Shown here: one piece after another, positions 51,585-64,000 of the stretch
How positions within the stretch are numbered: the stretch's first letter is position 1
Layout: each line of letters starts with the position of its first letter
Made by a program: the position numbers and the translations under genes
Assembly (NCBI GenBank): GCA_965655095.1
Contig: OZ296650.1
Location: 134,230,001-134,294,000, forward strand
Source of the DNA: Haplodiscus bocki
Lineage: Eukaryota
Direction of reading: 5' to 3'
DNA: 64,000 nt
The notes under the pieces: generated by a model
Told to the model about the DNA's origin: nothing
Seen by the model: only the letters and a program-made list of their open reading frames with translations
The model's database searches: none

Positions 51585-52267
51585 TGTCCTGGAAAGCTCC
51601 TCCTTGTGTTAGTAATGAACCAAAAAAAGTTCGATTTCTAATCAAAGAAAAGAAGTTAATGAAATAGAAGATGCGTTTAGTAAACTTCAGGGCCCAGAAA
51701 ACTGTGAAATGACAGAAGTTTTTATTACAAACACTTTGCAACTTTCACAACTGTTCTCCATTTAAGTATGAACAACTCAAATTTGTTGAAAAAACATTCC
51801 TTGGAAAAATAATTTTTTTATCATTTAACGTGCAACCACTAGTGCATTCAATCCCAACCAAAAACGATTGGACGCCTCTTCAATCCTCTATCGCCTTCAT
51901 AAGGAACTAGCAGTTTAAACAACATTCAATTGAAGTTTTTAATCGAGAATGATCAAAAGGCTATGGATAAAAAGTGTTTCTGATGTAATATACATACTGG
52001 CAATTCAAATAAAAAACAGTAAATGAATAATGGACAGAATGGTTTTCAAAGCTGAGAGAAGATAATAGGTTGCCGTGCAACCAAAGAAAACAATAGGTTT
52101 GCGGAAGTTTTTTGGAACTGCAAACATTTTGAAGAAATCAGCACGAAGTACACAATAAATACGAAGCGGATGGAAACTTTTCAAGAAAGGTTACTGTGCA
52201 ACCAAAAATTGACACCTATCAACAGAGTTAACATTCAGTGAAGAAGAAACGTTGACATTGATTGAGT

Positions 52268-55200
52268 TCAGTTTGTTCCGCCATATACAGACGTTTTCAC
52301 AAGGCATTCGCACCGCAACGACCCCTCTACGTTAGTACAACGATACAAATCAATTAACACGTCGCATTCGCTCAGATAGTCAGCAAGTTTCAGTTGCACA
52401 ACGTTTCTTTTTCTGCGAGACATCGCTTTCTGCCAGGCCACTTCGAATGAAGACAAAGAATTTCCGGTTACATCAGCGAAGCCATGCACATAAGCAATTA
52501 CTGTCCAGGGACGACGAGGTATGGGCTTTGTAAACTCACTTCCGCGCCCGGAATTGTGTTCATGAACACGCCGACGAAGATTTTTGCAGCGACCGACGTA
52601 AAACAAATGAGGCAACTTCAAAGTCCTCAGCAAATAGCAGAAACTAAACGAAGTGTTAGGTATTTCGCTAAACCGCAAAGGAAACGGGCTTAATGTTTCT
52701 ACAGAGCTCAGATTGCTTCTCATATCAGTGTAACTGTCCAGTAGGCTATTGATGAAAGGAAACGGATGGTTTTCCTTGAATAAAGTGTTGTCAATGCTTC
52801 TCATCGTGGCTAATCTGTCGCCCACGAAAGTAATATGGCTGAGATCTCTGACACGACTAAGGAGGACGTACAGTTGTTCTTTGACCCAAAACTTGAACTT
52901 TCGGGAATCGGTTATTTCAGTTGCAATCATCGGGACAGTATCACCCATCACTTTGTGAACAGTAGACGCCACGTACATTTTTAAAGGAAACTGCCATCGC
53001 CGGCAAACTGTGGAGGCGTTCAGCTTGAACAGGACACCCATTTGTCTCCTCAGTTTAACTTCTTGCCAATTCAATGAACTAACATTTGTAACTAGAGTAG
53101 ATCTGAAACCTGGAGGATAGTGCCGCAGTATGTGTCAAAACTTTTTACAAAGCAAAGTTGTCCTTGCTGCAAATTTTCAGCTGGCAAATTACGGTTTAAG
53201 CGAAGCACGGCACCTTCATGGACAAATAGTTGCTGGGGCTCCGTGCAAACACGGTTCAAGAAAAGAGAAGCTGTCACGTTAGCTGGAACCCAATTTTGAG
53301 TTCCAGAGGGAGTCATTTCGTCAACGGCAATGAAAGTTGTGTTCGAAACATTGCCACTACTTCGCACAGCCTCTATTCGTTCGTCAATTGCCTCCCGTTC
53401 AGCTAACTGAGTGCTAAAAACTCGTAAACAATACATGGGAACTTCAGACCATGACCTCACAAAATTACAGTTCTGCTCAATTATTGTTAACACTTCATTT
53501 CGGATAGTTTCAGTGGACGGATACTGGGCAATTAGGTCGAGGATTCTTTGTCCGGTTATGTTGATCATTCGCACATACGATTTTAGGTGATAAAAAGTGA
53601 AACACGTCAACACGGTGTTACTGCGGAGTAAGAAAGTACCGGAAGGAGGTGGTAACTGACGGAAATCTCCACTACAAAACCAAAAATTTCCCACCAAAAG
53701 GAAGACTGTTCCCACAAACACATTGCAATACAGAATCCATGGAAGACCACAATTCGGCTGAAACCATTGACACCTCTTCTATGAAAATAACATGAACTCT
53801 TTGTAAATACTTGCATTTAACTGGATCCCTGCACAATTTTTCTAGGGGGCATATGAAGTCATCTGGGAAACCGATGCATTATCATTTACGGGAAACGGAA
53901 TGAGAGCATTTATGTGCAAACCACCAAAAATTGAAGCCCTCTCAGCCGCCAGACTGGTAACCACACAATTGAAACCTTTTGCTAGGGCTTCAGCTATACA
54001 GTGAATCAGAACATGACTTTTACCGGTTCCAGGTGGCCCAACAATCACTTGGTGCTTCACAAAAAATGAGGTACTCTTGTGAAATGTATTCATTGTCTCC
54101 AGAATCAACTGCAGTATTCGACATTGATCGGACACAGATTCAATTGTCTGAAGTGTTTCTTGGTATTTTTGAGGCTGCCAATTCAAAGGACTGCTCAGAG
54201 AAGCCGACATGAATTCATTGAAGGAAGGGAAAGTTGTCGGGCTTTTCTCCATTAAGGCTGCTACTAAGTTACTCTTCACTCTATTGCTTTCTTCTAAAAC
54301 ATGTTCCTCTGCTTTCTGGAAAATTGAGGACTCCAGAACAAGGGGTAAATCTTTGCAAAAGGTTAGAAGATTGTTTTGTGTAGCTTCCTTTAAACAGTGA
54401 TACGCCGTTCCAACATGCCTGCCAAGAGGGTTGACGAACCGGGGTAAAACCGCAGTTGCTCCATCACAAAACGCTTAGTCAATGAAACAACTTCCTCATC
54501 GGTGGCTTCTTCAGTTGACGAAATCAGACCACTGTAGACGAATGCAGACTTCAAGGACAAATGGGAAAACAAACCAATTTCAGTGCAATACTCACCAAAG
54601 GAGAGAAGATAATGATTGAGAAAGTTTGATGTACTTTTAGGCACAATTGTTGATAAAACAACTTGCACTAGTGGAAAACTCATACTCTCGTTTATGAAGT
54701 GGGACTTGTTTGGTTTTCGTAAACATTCAAGTGCTTCCCTTGCTTGCCGGACATAATGACTGTTGTTGCTTTGGAAATTCTCACAGTAACTGATTAACGC
54801 TGTTAAATAATGCATGTTGACTGTAACTTTGAAACCAAAACCGTCAATCCAAAACGAACAGAAAATATCTGGTTTTATCATCGATTCAATGGACGCAGTT
54901 GGTGACACCTTGGTGCGGACGAACCAAGTGAAATATTTCTCTACAGTACGCAGGAACAACATTTCTGGAGGTCGTGCAGAAAAAACTGTTATTTTGTCAT
55001 AAGACACAGAACTTTTCTCAGCATCAACAATGGTCCATTCTTGTGTCTGTGTGAAAAGTCTATGAGAAGGGAGCTGAAGGTTTTTTCGCAGAAGAACTTG
55101 CTGACCATACAAAGGACCCTGCTTAGCAGGACGTATCATCCGTTCTATCACAATACCAGCTCTTTTCTCTTTGGGAGTTGTCACTACGTGAATGAAGTGA

Positions 55201-58200
55201 ATGTTTGAACAAACATAAGGAAACTTCAGAAGCCAACACGCCGACTCTGTCAAGCTGATAGCCCTTCCAGTCAAAGTTTTACGCTTCTGGCAAGAGCTTT
55301 GGTTCTTTGACCAGCGAACTCCGCTTATTTTTTCGTTTGACTGATCCTCAACGTTGTAGCCAAAAGTTGCATCAGTGGAACTACTGTAAAGGTTTACGGT
55401 ACTTCGTTCTTCTATTCCCGCAGCGTACTTGGCCAAATACCTTGCACTCATATAGACGTCACAAATCTGTAAATTTGTACTTGACCGAACCAAAGCGAAA
55501 ATTAGGGCGTTTGTTGGCGAAAAATGGGTACCTTTCTCTGACGGATAATGATGTTTACCACCACGTAGCTCATCAATGAGAAACAACTGACCGGTCACGG
55601 AATCTTCAAACGCAACATTCAGTTTTCGTAGAATATCCCATGTCTCTTTGGATAAATTTTTCTCGACTTCCTTGTAGGAAAAAGCGACACTGCTTGGATA
55701 AGCTGGAACTCTGCAAATTGACTTTTGTAATCTGTTCGATTTCTTGTGGCAACGCATTTTTGCTTTCCTGCAATTATGACTTTGGTATTTTTGAAACAAG
55801 ATCTGCAAATCTTCTTTCTCCTCCGGTGAAAATTTTTCCGATCCCACTTCCGCGTTCAGATTACCTAAGAACGTTGGTAAGCTACAACAAACTCTCGATC
55901 GAACTTTTTCGCTGAAAGCATTTTCTGAAGTCCAGATAAGAGCATGGATATGTGGGAAGGCACTTGTTTTATCTTGAAATTCATAACGATACCACAACTT
56001 CCGTACTCTGCCTAACGGACGTTCCGTAGAAGTTTCGATGTACTTCATCACGAGTCGGGAACTGCGTTCCCACGCTCGTAGCATTGTTATCATTTCAGCT
56101 TGAACCGCAGAATTTCGAATCTCCGAGCTGGTTATTGTTTCAGGGTATTTCTCTTCCAAAGCTTGAAAAAACTTCCGTACTCCAGGATGAGTAGACTGAC
56201 TGCAAGTGTAAGTGAAAAAATAGGTTGCAGGTTCATCCTTCAATGCACACTAAGTTCATTGACATTTTTTCTTGAATCACTCTGATCGAAGTGCATAGCT
56301 CCTTCTTTGACGCATTGGCCACTTACGTTTTTGTCAGAATCTTGTCCCCAGCCTCTGTTCAACACCAATCTAGTGTCTTTTCCGCGCAAATCTAAACTAA
56401 AAACCGAATCAAAAGCGTACTGTATGTATCTGGGATCGGATGCCGTTAACAGAGATCCATCTTTGACTCTTGCACGCAGCATATCATCTAAGCTTGCAAA
56501 ACCAAATTTGGCATTGTTATTCTTGTTGTTAAACAACGAAGCAGGTATAGCACCTGCGTAACTGCCGTCCTCATTCTGTTTCCAAAAAATAGTTGGGAAC
56601 ATCATCGCCTCTGGTTGAATTAGTGGTACCGAATTACACGGTTTGGTAGCTGTAACAATCTCCAACACTCTTTTGTGTCTTGCAGTCACGTAAATGGGAG
56701 ACCCTCTACTACGTTTCAGAAGGCCACACTGACCATTCAAAAGAATATGCAGAGGTAAATTGAAATTGGTGTCCGTCATTACAGGTTCCCTGACATAGCT
56801 TGGTTCCAGTGCAGCATCCGTTACCTCCGGTAATGTCAATTCCGAAGAGTCTGTGTGTTCATTCAACAATCCTGCATCCATTAGGAAATCACTTTGAGAA
56901 GTTGACGATGAAGAGACAGAGTTGCTCCACACACCTCCATCTGAAAGATTTTCCTCGCTGACACTCCTGCCGTAGCTACTGTCACCACTGATGCTCCTTG
57001 CAGCTTTGTCTCCATCGTTCTCAGACTTCGGCTCAGATTGGTTGTAACAGACAGAAGCGATGTCTTCTGAAGACGATGTGAACGGCAACTTATCTGTTCG
57101 CCTCACATTCGGAACATCCGCAAGATTGTCTTGCTGCATTACGTCTTTCCGACAAAGACAAGAGGTGCACTCGTTAACTGGACATCGGAGAAACGAAACC
57201 CGACTACATTCACAGTAATAACCGCTTCCAGGAAAATCTCTGGTTAAAGGCAGCAAATGTTCCTCACAAAAAAACTTCCCTTGTCCAGTGAGTGTTTGGA
57301 AATAATCAAGTTTCAATTGTTTGATGGTTTGCGTTTGCACAAGGTAATAAATTGCGACATCCCAATGACCTTTATTGTGATGGTCGACGGCCTCCAACGG
57401 TGGAAGGTTAACACGACTAGCAAACGGTCTCTTGTTCTCGTAAAGCCAAAATTTATCAAAAGAACCTCCATGCCTCACAAGCGATTTCCTGCTAATGTTA
57501 TCTGTCAACGTCGAAATGCACCTCAACTCGTAGTCTCTATCGTCAACAGTTATGGTTATGGGTGGGCAACTTTTATTGCGCAAATTTTTTCGTGCTGGGT
57601 TTGTAACAATAACAGTTTGGGTCGAGCTTTGAAGTGAACTCTCAAAAGCAACAACCATTTTCGACTTGTCCTTCAAGGGACAATGTGAAACTTCATCTAA
57701 AGCTGATGTCAAAGTTTCCGAAAACATTACCGCGGGAAACTCACTGTGTGAATTGACTTCAAAAATTTTGGAAATTCGGCCGTTAAATTGACGCTACCAG
57801 TCCAATCCTTCCGACCAGAAAAAACAACAGGTTCCGAAAATTTCAAAATGGGAACAAGATTGGGAGTGGACATACAAGCTGACGACAATTGATCGCAAAG
57901 AGGTGGAGAGATGCAAAACGCTGTCTGTAAAAGAAACATCAGTTCAGAAGTTCTACAACTGATCTTAGGAGGAAGGGCGCCAAAGAAATTGTTACCATGG
58001 GCGAAAGCCAAGGATTTGAATTTAGCGCAAAGAGAGTTCTCCAGAGACACACCCAATGATGACATCAGAGATAAAGAGGACTTCAAAGAGACACTTGTTG
58101 TGGAGAGCAAAGATTGCACAGCTAATCTCTCGTTGGGACGAAACAAAGTCTGCTGTCGAATTTCTTCAGATATTTCCTTGGAATCAACCAAGTTTTGTAG

Positions 58201-60431
58201 TAACACTTGTAGATCTGGTCTGAAAAAAGAACACTGCGCCTCCGCTTTAACCAACAACTCCGACGTGCGCATCCAATTTCGCTTGGACGTTAAGGATATA
58301 CTGCTCATTCCAGAATAGTTACCAACAGCCTTGAGCAATTGGTATGTATGGCTCGAATAATTAGCCTTGACGTTTTTTATGAGGCGCAAAGTTGGCATAA
58401 TTAAAGCTAACCTGTCTTCACAAGGCACGCTCAATCTTCCCAGTTGGGGATGTGTAGGTGGATGTAAAAACTGCAAATTTGAACCATTGTGGTGATCAAG
58501 ACAAGTGCCAATAACAGGACCCTTGGAACAGTGAACGAAAGCGAAAGCGGAAACTTTGAATTTCTCCAGCACATTGAAGGGGGTGCTCCAATCAGATCTT
58601 ATTCCACGAAAATGAGAGTTAAATGACGACTTAAAGGACACGAAACTCGGCATCAGTCCATTGATGAGATGATGAAACGGAATGAAGCCAGTTTCCTCAA
58701 CGAAAGTGAAACAACCGAAGGGATATCGACATTTGGGATAGGTTTCTTGATCCAGTGCTTTTTCCAACCGTTCAGAAGATCCCGAATTAACATGAGCATC
58801 GAAAATTGACTTTCTCTGTGTTGTGTCGGACACCAACGAAGGAACATTTTGTTCACGTACGGCTGGATGTAGATGATTGAAACGATGCTTCCAACTTTGC
58901 CTGATCTCCGAAGGAATCATTGCATACAGAATTTTTACCTCATCATCCAAAATTGAAGTGTCATGAATGAGGCTACTTAAAACGGTGGGCCAAGCGTCTT
59001 TCCAAGCGACTCTGCTGCCCTGCAAATACCGTAGACAAACTTGGCAAACTTTTTGACCAACACGACATTTGCGCCCAAATTTTTTCCTCCGCCCGCTAAC
59101 ATTTTCCAAAACAAAGAAAAACAATTCGTAATACTTCGTCGATCTTCGCAAACAGTTGGCACATTCTAGGTGCCCAACAACAATCTGTGAATCACTATGA
59201 GAAGTGGTGTCGGAAAAAGCAACCGCTTCACAAGAGTCTACTGTGACTTCTGCTGAATCATTGTGTTGTGGTGAATTCTGCCGAAAAGTGGTCGTTGCAA
59301 CAAATGAGGGAATGAAGTTAGATAACGCTGGCAGCGGTAAAGTTTCGAAATGTGCAGACGAGCTCCTGTTGTGTTTTTCCACTTCATGATTACTCAAATT
59401 TTGCCTTTTTGCAAAACTTGAAATTACGTCGAAATGATTTCCTGAAATACTGTGACGAACAAAAATCGACGGAATATCCAAAGCATTTCGGTCACCTTGA
59501 TACTCATAAACAAACCACGAAGAGGTCATACTGTGATAAACCACAACATCAACTCGAGCCAGCTGTGCAAATGTGAAAAGTTCAACGCACGTTCCAAATA
59601 CACCATCCGTACCCATGCGAGACACTTCCAAATAACTGATGACATTTCGACAGGAAATTGCTCTGACACCTGGCCCTCCAGGAACATAAGCTTCCAAAAA
59701 TTGGCTTTGTAAGCCAACACTGGGTAAATGGTAGCAAATAGCAGCCCGTATGAAAGCATGGTTTGTTGCATGCGAACCGATAGCTACAGAAAGTGCAAAA
59801 AAAGGCAATTTCCGTCTCCTGGAACATCAACACAACTTCCAGGAACCAAATCTGACAATGGATGCTCATCAATCAAACTCGTTGGGAGAAACAAACCTTG
59901 AAAACTGACTTCCAGCTTATTGCAAACATGCTGTAGACTATGCTGACTTCCAATGATTTTTCTACCCTTCGAAATTACCGAATACAAATTTGCTTCCAAC
60001 AATGGATCAGCATCTGATGACAGCGGAGTTAATGTAACATTCGAAATATTCGCCAATTTTGGACTTTTCAAACACTTGCATTCCCCTTTCCCTTTGAAAC
60101 AACCGCACCACACACACTGCTCAGTCACATTGTGACGTCGCCTCTTCGTACCTGGGCCAGGATTCAATTCCAATCCTCCACGAAAAAGAGCTAACACAAT
60201 AAGACGTCTAGTTAAGCTTGAATCGTTGCCACCACAAAATTGAAGCTGTCCTTGAACGCAACACGCCGATTGACCATTCCGGTAATTTCGTTTCTCAATG
60301 CAGAAACCACCGAATAACGACACCGTGTAATTATGTGTCTGAGACAACGTTTGCAAACTTTTTTCACTTGAGAAAATTGATGTTGAACACCAAAAAAACA
60401 AAAGCATTGTTAAACAACCGTAAAAATCCAT
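52268..60431 (-). pseudogene. RepHel polyprotein of E, many frameshifts
   Basis: Eight collinear ORF fragments, from 59784..60431 to 52268..53074. Motifs GDGNC, YFFTYTC, FPHIHAL, YLAKY, GPPGTGKS, GDFRQLPP and FYVG...RRRVHEHN. Confidence 0.9.
60153..60215 (-). other. 2A/StopGo-like peptide (RRLIVLALFRGGLELNPG|P)
   Basis: The NPGP motif is retained although the surrounding N-terminus has diverged from C/D. Confidence 0.6.
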
Positions 60432-60914
60432 TGAAATCTACAAAATAATCCAATTGGAAAAGGGATTAGAACAACATATCCAATGATCATTCGCAAATCG
60501 GAATAAGCAATAGCGCTTCTGGGCTGCAAAATCAATACAAAACTTTACACATTTAAATGAACAATGTTAGTAATGTTTTTGAGAAAACAAAGTTTACTAG
60601 CATGTTCATCATATGTCACGTCACAGCATTCAGCATCCGCGACTTAAATACACATCAGAAAGCCGAGAACATTGCAATGGCATTCGCATGCTACCTTCAA
60701 AACCTACTTTTGATCACACTTTGTAGAAAAAATAAAATTTTGTCAACACGCACAACATGTTTGCATAAGTTTTTAATCCACTAACTTTATAAATGTGTCC
60801 GATCCAAAAAGCTTTCAAAAAAGTCGAGAAAAACTTTTTAACAGTCTGTAGACCGTTGTTTAGTATCTTTTAACTAAAAATACAAAAAAAAATCAGCTAA
60901 AATTTTTTTTTGGA

Positions 60915-61450
60915 AATGTCGTCATGACCGTCATTTTTTCGTTTTAATCGTCATTTTTTCGTCATTCTAAACCGAAAAATTTTGTCGTCGAGACAAGTTC
61001 TTGCAATTGGTAGAGGTTGTTCCGCTGTCCGGCAGCCCTAGATGTCAATGCTGATATTTCGACAAAGGAGAAATGACGGATTGATCATTTTTTTGAAATT
61101 TCTACTGCTTTCATCCGTCATATCTCCACTTTTATGACGAGTTGGCGGAAAATTTTTTGCATGCGGATAACTCACAGTCAACATGCTTCACACACACAAA
61201 GCTAGCCCAATGCGTATGGTTAGTTGTGGAGATTGGGCCAAAAAACTTCGGTAAGGAGCCAAAAATGACGATCATTCCGTCATAACTCCTCCCCCAATGA
61301 ATCAATCATGACGGGACCTACATCAAAATTCTTATATTTGAAAGTTATGGCCACATACAAAGTTTGACCAAAATCTAATGGTTGGAACGCGAGATCGCCT
61401 TATTTAGCCCCCCCACGGACGGATACTATTTGCTACGCACTATATTTTAA
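60915..61450 (+). repeat. Subterminal module of E
   Basis: About ten CGTCAT/ATGACG sites; GTCATA(T/A)CTCC at 61117 and 61279. Copied in the downstream 1.055-kb units. Confidence 0.8.
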
Positions 61451-61550
61451 GCTCGGCGAACGGGTCCCTTCCCGGCCTCGCAGATTGTTAAAGGGGTATC
61501 ACCCTGACCCCCCAGTGGAGGCTAGGGTACCAATTACCAGAGGAGGCTTA
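61451..61550 (+). other. Junction motif J4
   Basis: Core variant TGACCCCCCAGTGGAGGC at 61505-61522, followed by CCAGAGGAGGC. Confidence 0.85.
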
Positions 61551-64000
61551 ACTGTAGGTACATATTTGCGTGAATAAAAACTGTTCAAGTTAAAGAAATT
61601 TTGATCTATGGGTAATGACGTTTACATTTTTGCTATTGAGTCTCCTACTGTTTTGTGTTCCACTCAGCAAAGGAGACAACTGCACCCCAAATGCTTTTAT
61701 TGTGGTCCGAGCCCGTTGTTCATCCGATTAGCTACTCGCTAATCTCCGGAACAACGGGAAAAATCAATGTTCAGAAGAAATTCCGTTTTTGAAGAAAGCT
61801 GTGGTTCACAAAAAAAATCATCTCCATTGAGTTATAAAACTGGTTAGAAAACCAGAAAACACTTGTTTACAGCGACTGCATTCATTTTTGTTGTATTCTA
61901 CTTGCTAAAACACACTTTTTGGGGAAGTTTCTTTTTTTTTTGAAAAACTCGTCATAACCGTCATTTTTTTGTCATAAAAGTCATTTTTTCGTCATAACCG
62001 TCATTTTTTCCGTCATTCTGAGCGAAAAAAAATTGTCGTCGAGAAAAATTCTTACAATCGGTGTGAATTGTTCCGCTGTCCGGCCGCCCCAGATGTCAAT
62101 GTTGATACTTCGAAAAAGGAGAAATGACGGAATGATCAATTTTTTTTCAAATTTTCTATCAGTTTCATCCGTCATATCTCCACTTTTATGACGAGTTGGC
62201 GGAAAATTTTTTGCATGCTCATAATCCACACCCGAAATGCTTCACACACAAAAAGCTAGCCCAATGCGTATGGTTACTTGTGGAGATTGGGCCAAAAAAC
62301 TTCGGTAAGGGGCCAAAAATGACGATCATTCCGTCATAACTCCTCCCCCAATGAATCAATCATGACGGGACCTAAATCAAAATTCTTAGAATTAAAAGTT
62401 ATGGCCACATGCAAAGTTTGAACAAAATCTATTGGTTGGAACGCGAGATCGCCCTATTTAGCCCCCCCCTACGGACGGATACTATTTGCTACGCACTATA
62501 TTTTAAGCTCGGCGAACGGGTCCCTTCCCGGCCTCGCAGATTGTTAGTGGGGTACCACCCTGACCACCCAGTGGAGGCGAGGGTACCAATTACCAGAGGA
62601 GGCCTAACTGTAGGTAGACATTTCCTTGAATACATTTTGTTCAAGTTAAATTATTTTTTGATCTATGAGTATTGATGTCTACATGTTTGCTATTGAGTCT
62701 TCTACTGTTTTGTGTTCCCCTCAGCAAAGAAAATTACATGACTCCAAATGTTATTATGGTGGTCTGAGCCCGTTGTTCATCCGATTAGCTACTCGCTAAT
62801 CTCCGGAACAACGGGAAAAATCAATGTTTAAAAGCAATTCCGTTTTTGAAAAAAGCTGTGGTTCACAAAAAAAATTCATCTCCATTGAGTTATAAAACTG
62901 GTTAGAAAACCAAAAAACACTTATTTACAGCGACTGCAAATATTTTTGTTGTATTTTACTTGCTAAAACACACTTTTTGGGGAAGTTTCATTTTTTTGAA
63001 AAACTCGTCATAACCTTCATTTTTTTGTCATAAAAGTCATTTTTTCGTCATAACCGTCATTTTTTTGGTCATTCTGAACTAAAAATTTTTGTCATGGAGA
63101 AAAATTCTTTCAATTGGTGTAAGTTGTTGCGCTGTCGGGCAGCGCTAGAGGTCAATGTTGAAACTTCGACAAAGGAGAAATGACGGAATGATCATTTTTT
63201 TTCAAATTTTCCATCAATTTCATCCGTCATATCTCCACTTCTATGACCAGTTGGCAGAACATTTTTTGCATGCGGATAACCCACACTCGAAATGCTTCAC
63301 ACACAAAAAGCTAGCCCAATGCATGTGGTTACTTGTGGAGATTGGGCCAAAAAACTTCGGTAAGGGGCCAAAAATGACGATCATTCCGTCATAACTCCTC
63401 CCCCAATGAATCAATCATGACGGGACCTACATCAAAATTCTTAGAATTAAAAGTTATGGCCACATACAAAGTTTGAACAAAATCTAATGGTTGGAACGCG
63501 AGATCGCCTTATTTAGCCCCCCCTACGGACGGATACTATTTGCTACGCACTATATTTTAAGCTCGGCGAACGGGTCCCTTCCCGGCCTCGCAGATTGTTA
63601 GTGGGGTATCACCCTGACCACCCAGTGGAGGCTAGGGTACCAATTACCAGAGGAGGCTTAACTGTAGGTACATATTTGCGTGAATAAAAACTGTTCAAGT
63701 TAAAGAAATTGTTCTATGGGTAATGACGTTTACATTTTTGCTATTGAGTCTCCTACTGTTTTGTGTTCCACTCAGCAAAGGAGACCACTGCACCCCAATT
63801 GCTTTTGTTGTGGTCCGAGCCCGTTGTGCTTCCGATCAGCCACCCGCTGACCTCCCGAACAACGGGAAATTTCAATGTTTAAAAGAAATTCCGTTTTTGA
63901 AAAAAGCTGTTTTTCACAAAAAGAAACCTTTTCCACTGAGTTATAAAAGTGGTTAGAAAATTGAGAAACCTTTCTTTACATTGACTGTAACTTTTTTATT
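61514..64000 (+). repeat. Tandem ~1,055-bp non-coding units (two complete, one partial); probable non-autonomous derivatives of the E family
   Basis: Cores at 61505, 62561 and 63615 (periods 1056 and 1054). Each unit has ~0.4 kb of its own left-hand sequence plus E's subterminal module and junction. Confidence 0.9.

Larger units (their letters stand above)
48184..61513 (-). mobile_element. Helitron-like element E (~13.3 kb, cassette on -), third family
   Basis: Lies between the cores at 48175 and 61505. Same gene order as C/D, but clearly diverged. Confidence 0.85.

Noticed and set aside
63560-63670. HDV-like ribozyme on the minus strand (gcctcctc and gcctccac resemble P3/L3; ctaa resembles J4/2)
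   Set aside because: I could not build P1 or P2 pairings and the loop is 6 nt. A covariance-model search would be needed to exclude it fully.
60915-64000. CRISPR array or tRNA/snRNA/5S gene array
   Set aside because: Units are ~1 kb near-identical repeats without unique spacers. I recognised no cloverleaf, A/B boxes or known snRNA/5S sequence.

Overview
Eukaryotic, AT-rich DNA (GT-AG introns are present) made up almost entirely of an array of large Helitron-like rolling-circle elements. In order: the right-hand ~3 kb of one element (unit 0), a complete ~16.9 kb element (A, genes on +), three ~13-15 kb elements with genes on - (C and D are close relatives joined by a deletion; E is more divergent), then ~1.055 kb non-coding units that share E's right end. 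Each large unit carries the same three-gene cassette. (1) A ~2,700-aa RepHel polyprotein: Zn-knuckle, OTU protease, Cys-rich region, HUH Rep, PIF1-like helicase and a C-terminal SLX1/UPF0213-type GIY-YIG nuclease, in the slot where Helentrons usually have an APE domain. (2) A spliced SGNH-fold gene. (3) A probable OB-fold/Zn ssDNA-binding gene. All RepHel copies carry frameshifts or stops; A has only three small indels. The main finding is that every intact unit boundary has the same structured junction with a near-invariant core, TGACCACCCAGTGGAGGC. The core always lies on the + strand even where the gene cassette is inverted, which suggests a self-targeting, integron-like array of divergent rolling-circle elements. 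The C, D and E RepHel proteins also carry a 2A/StopGo-like NPGP motif about 90-100 residues from the N-terminus. Domain calls come from motif recognition by eye; no database searches were run.
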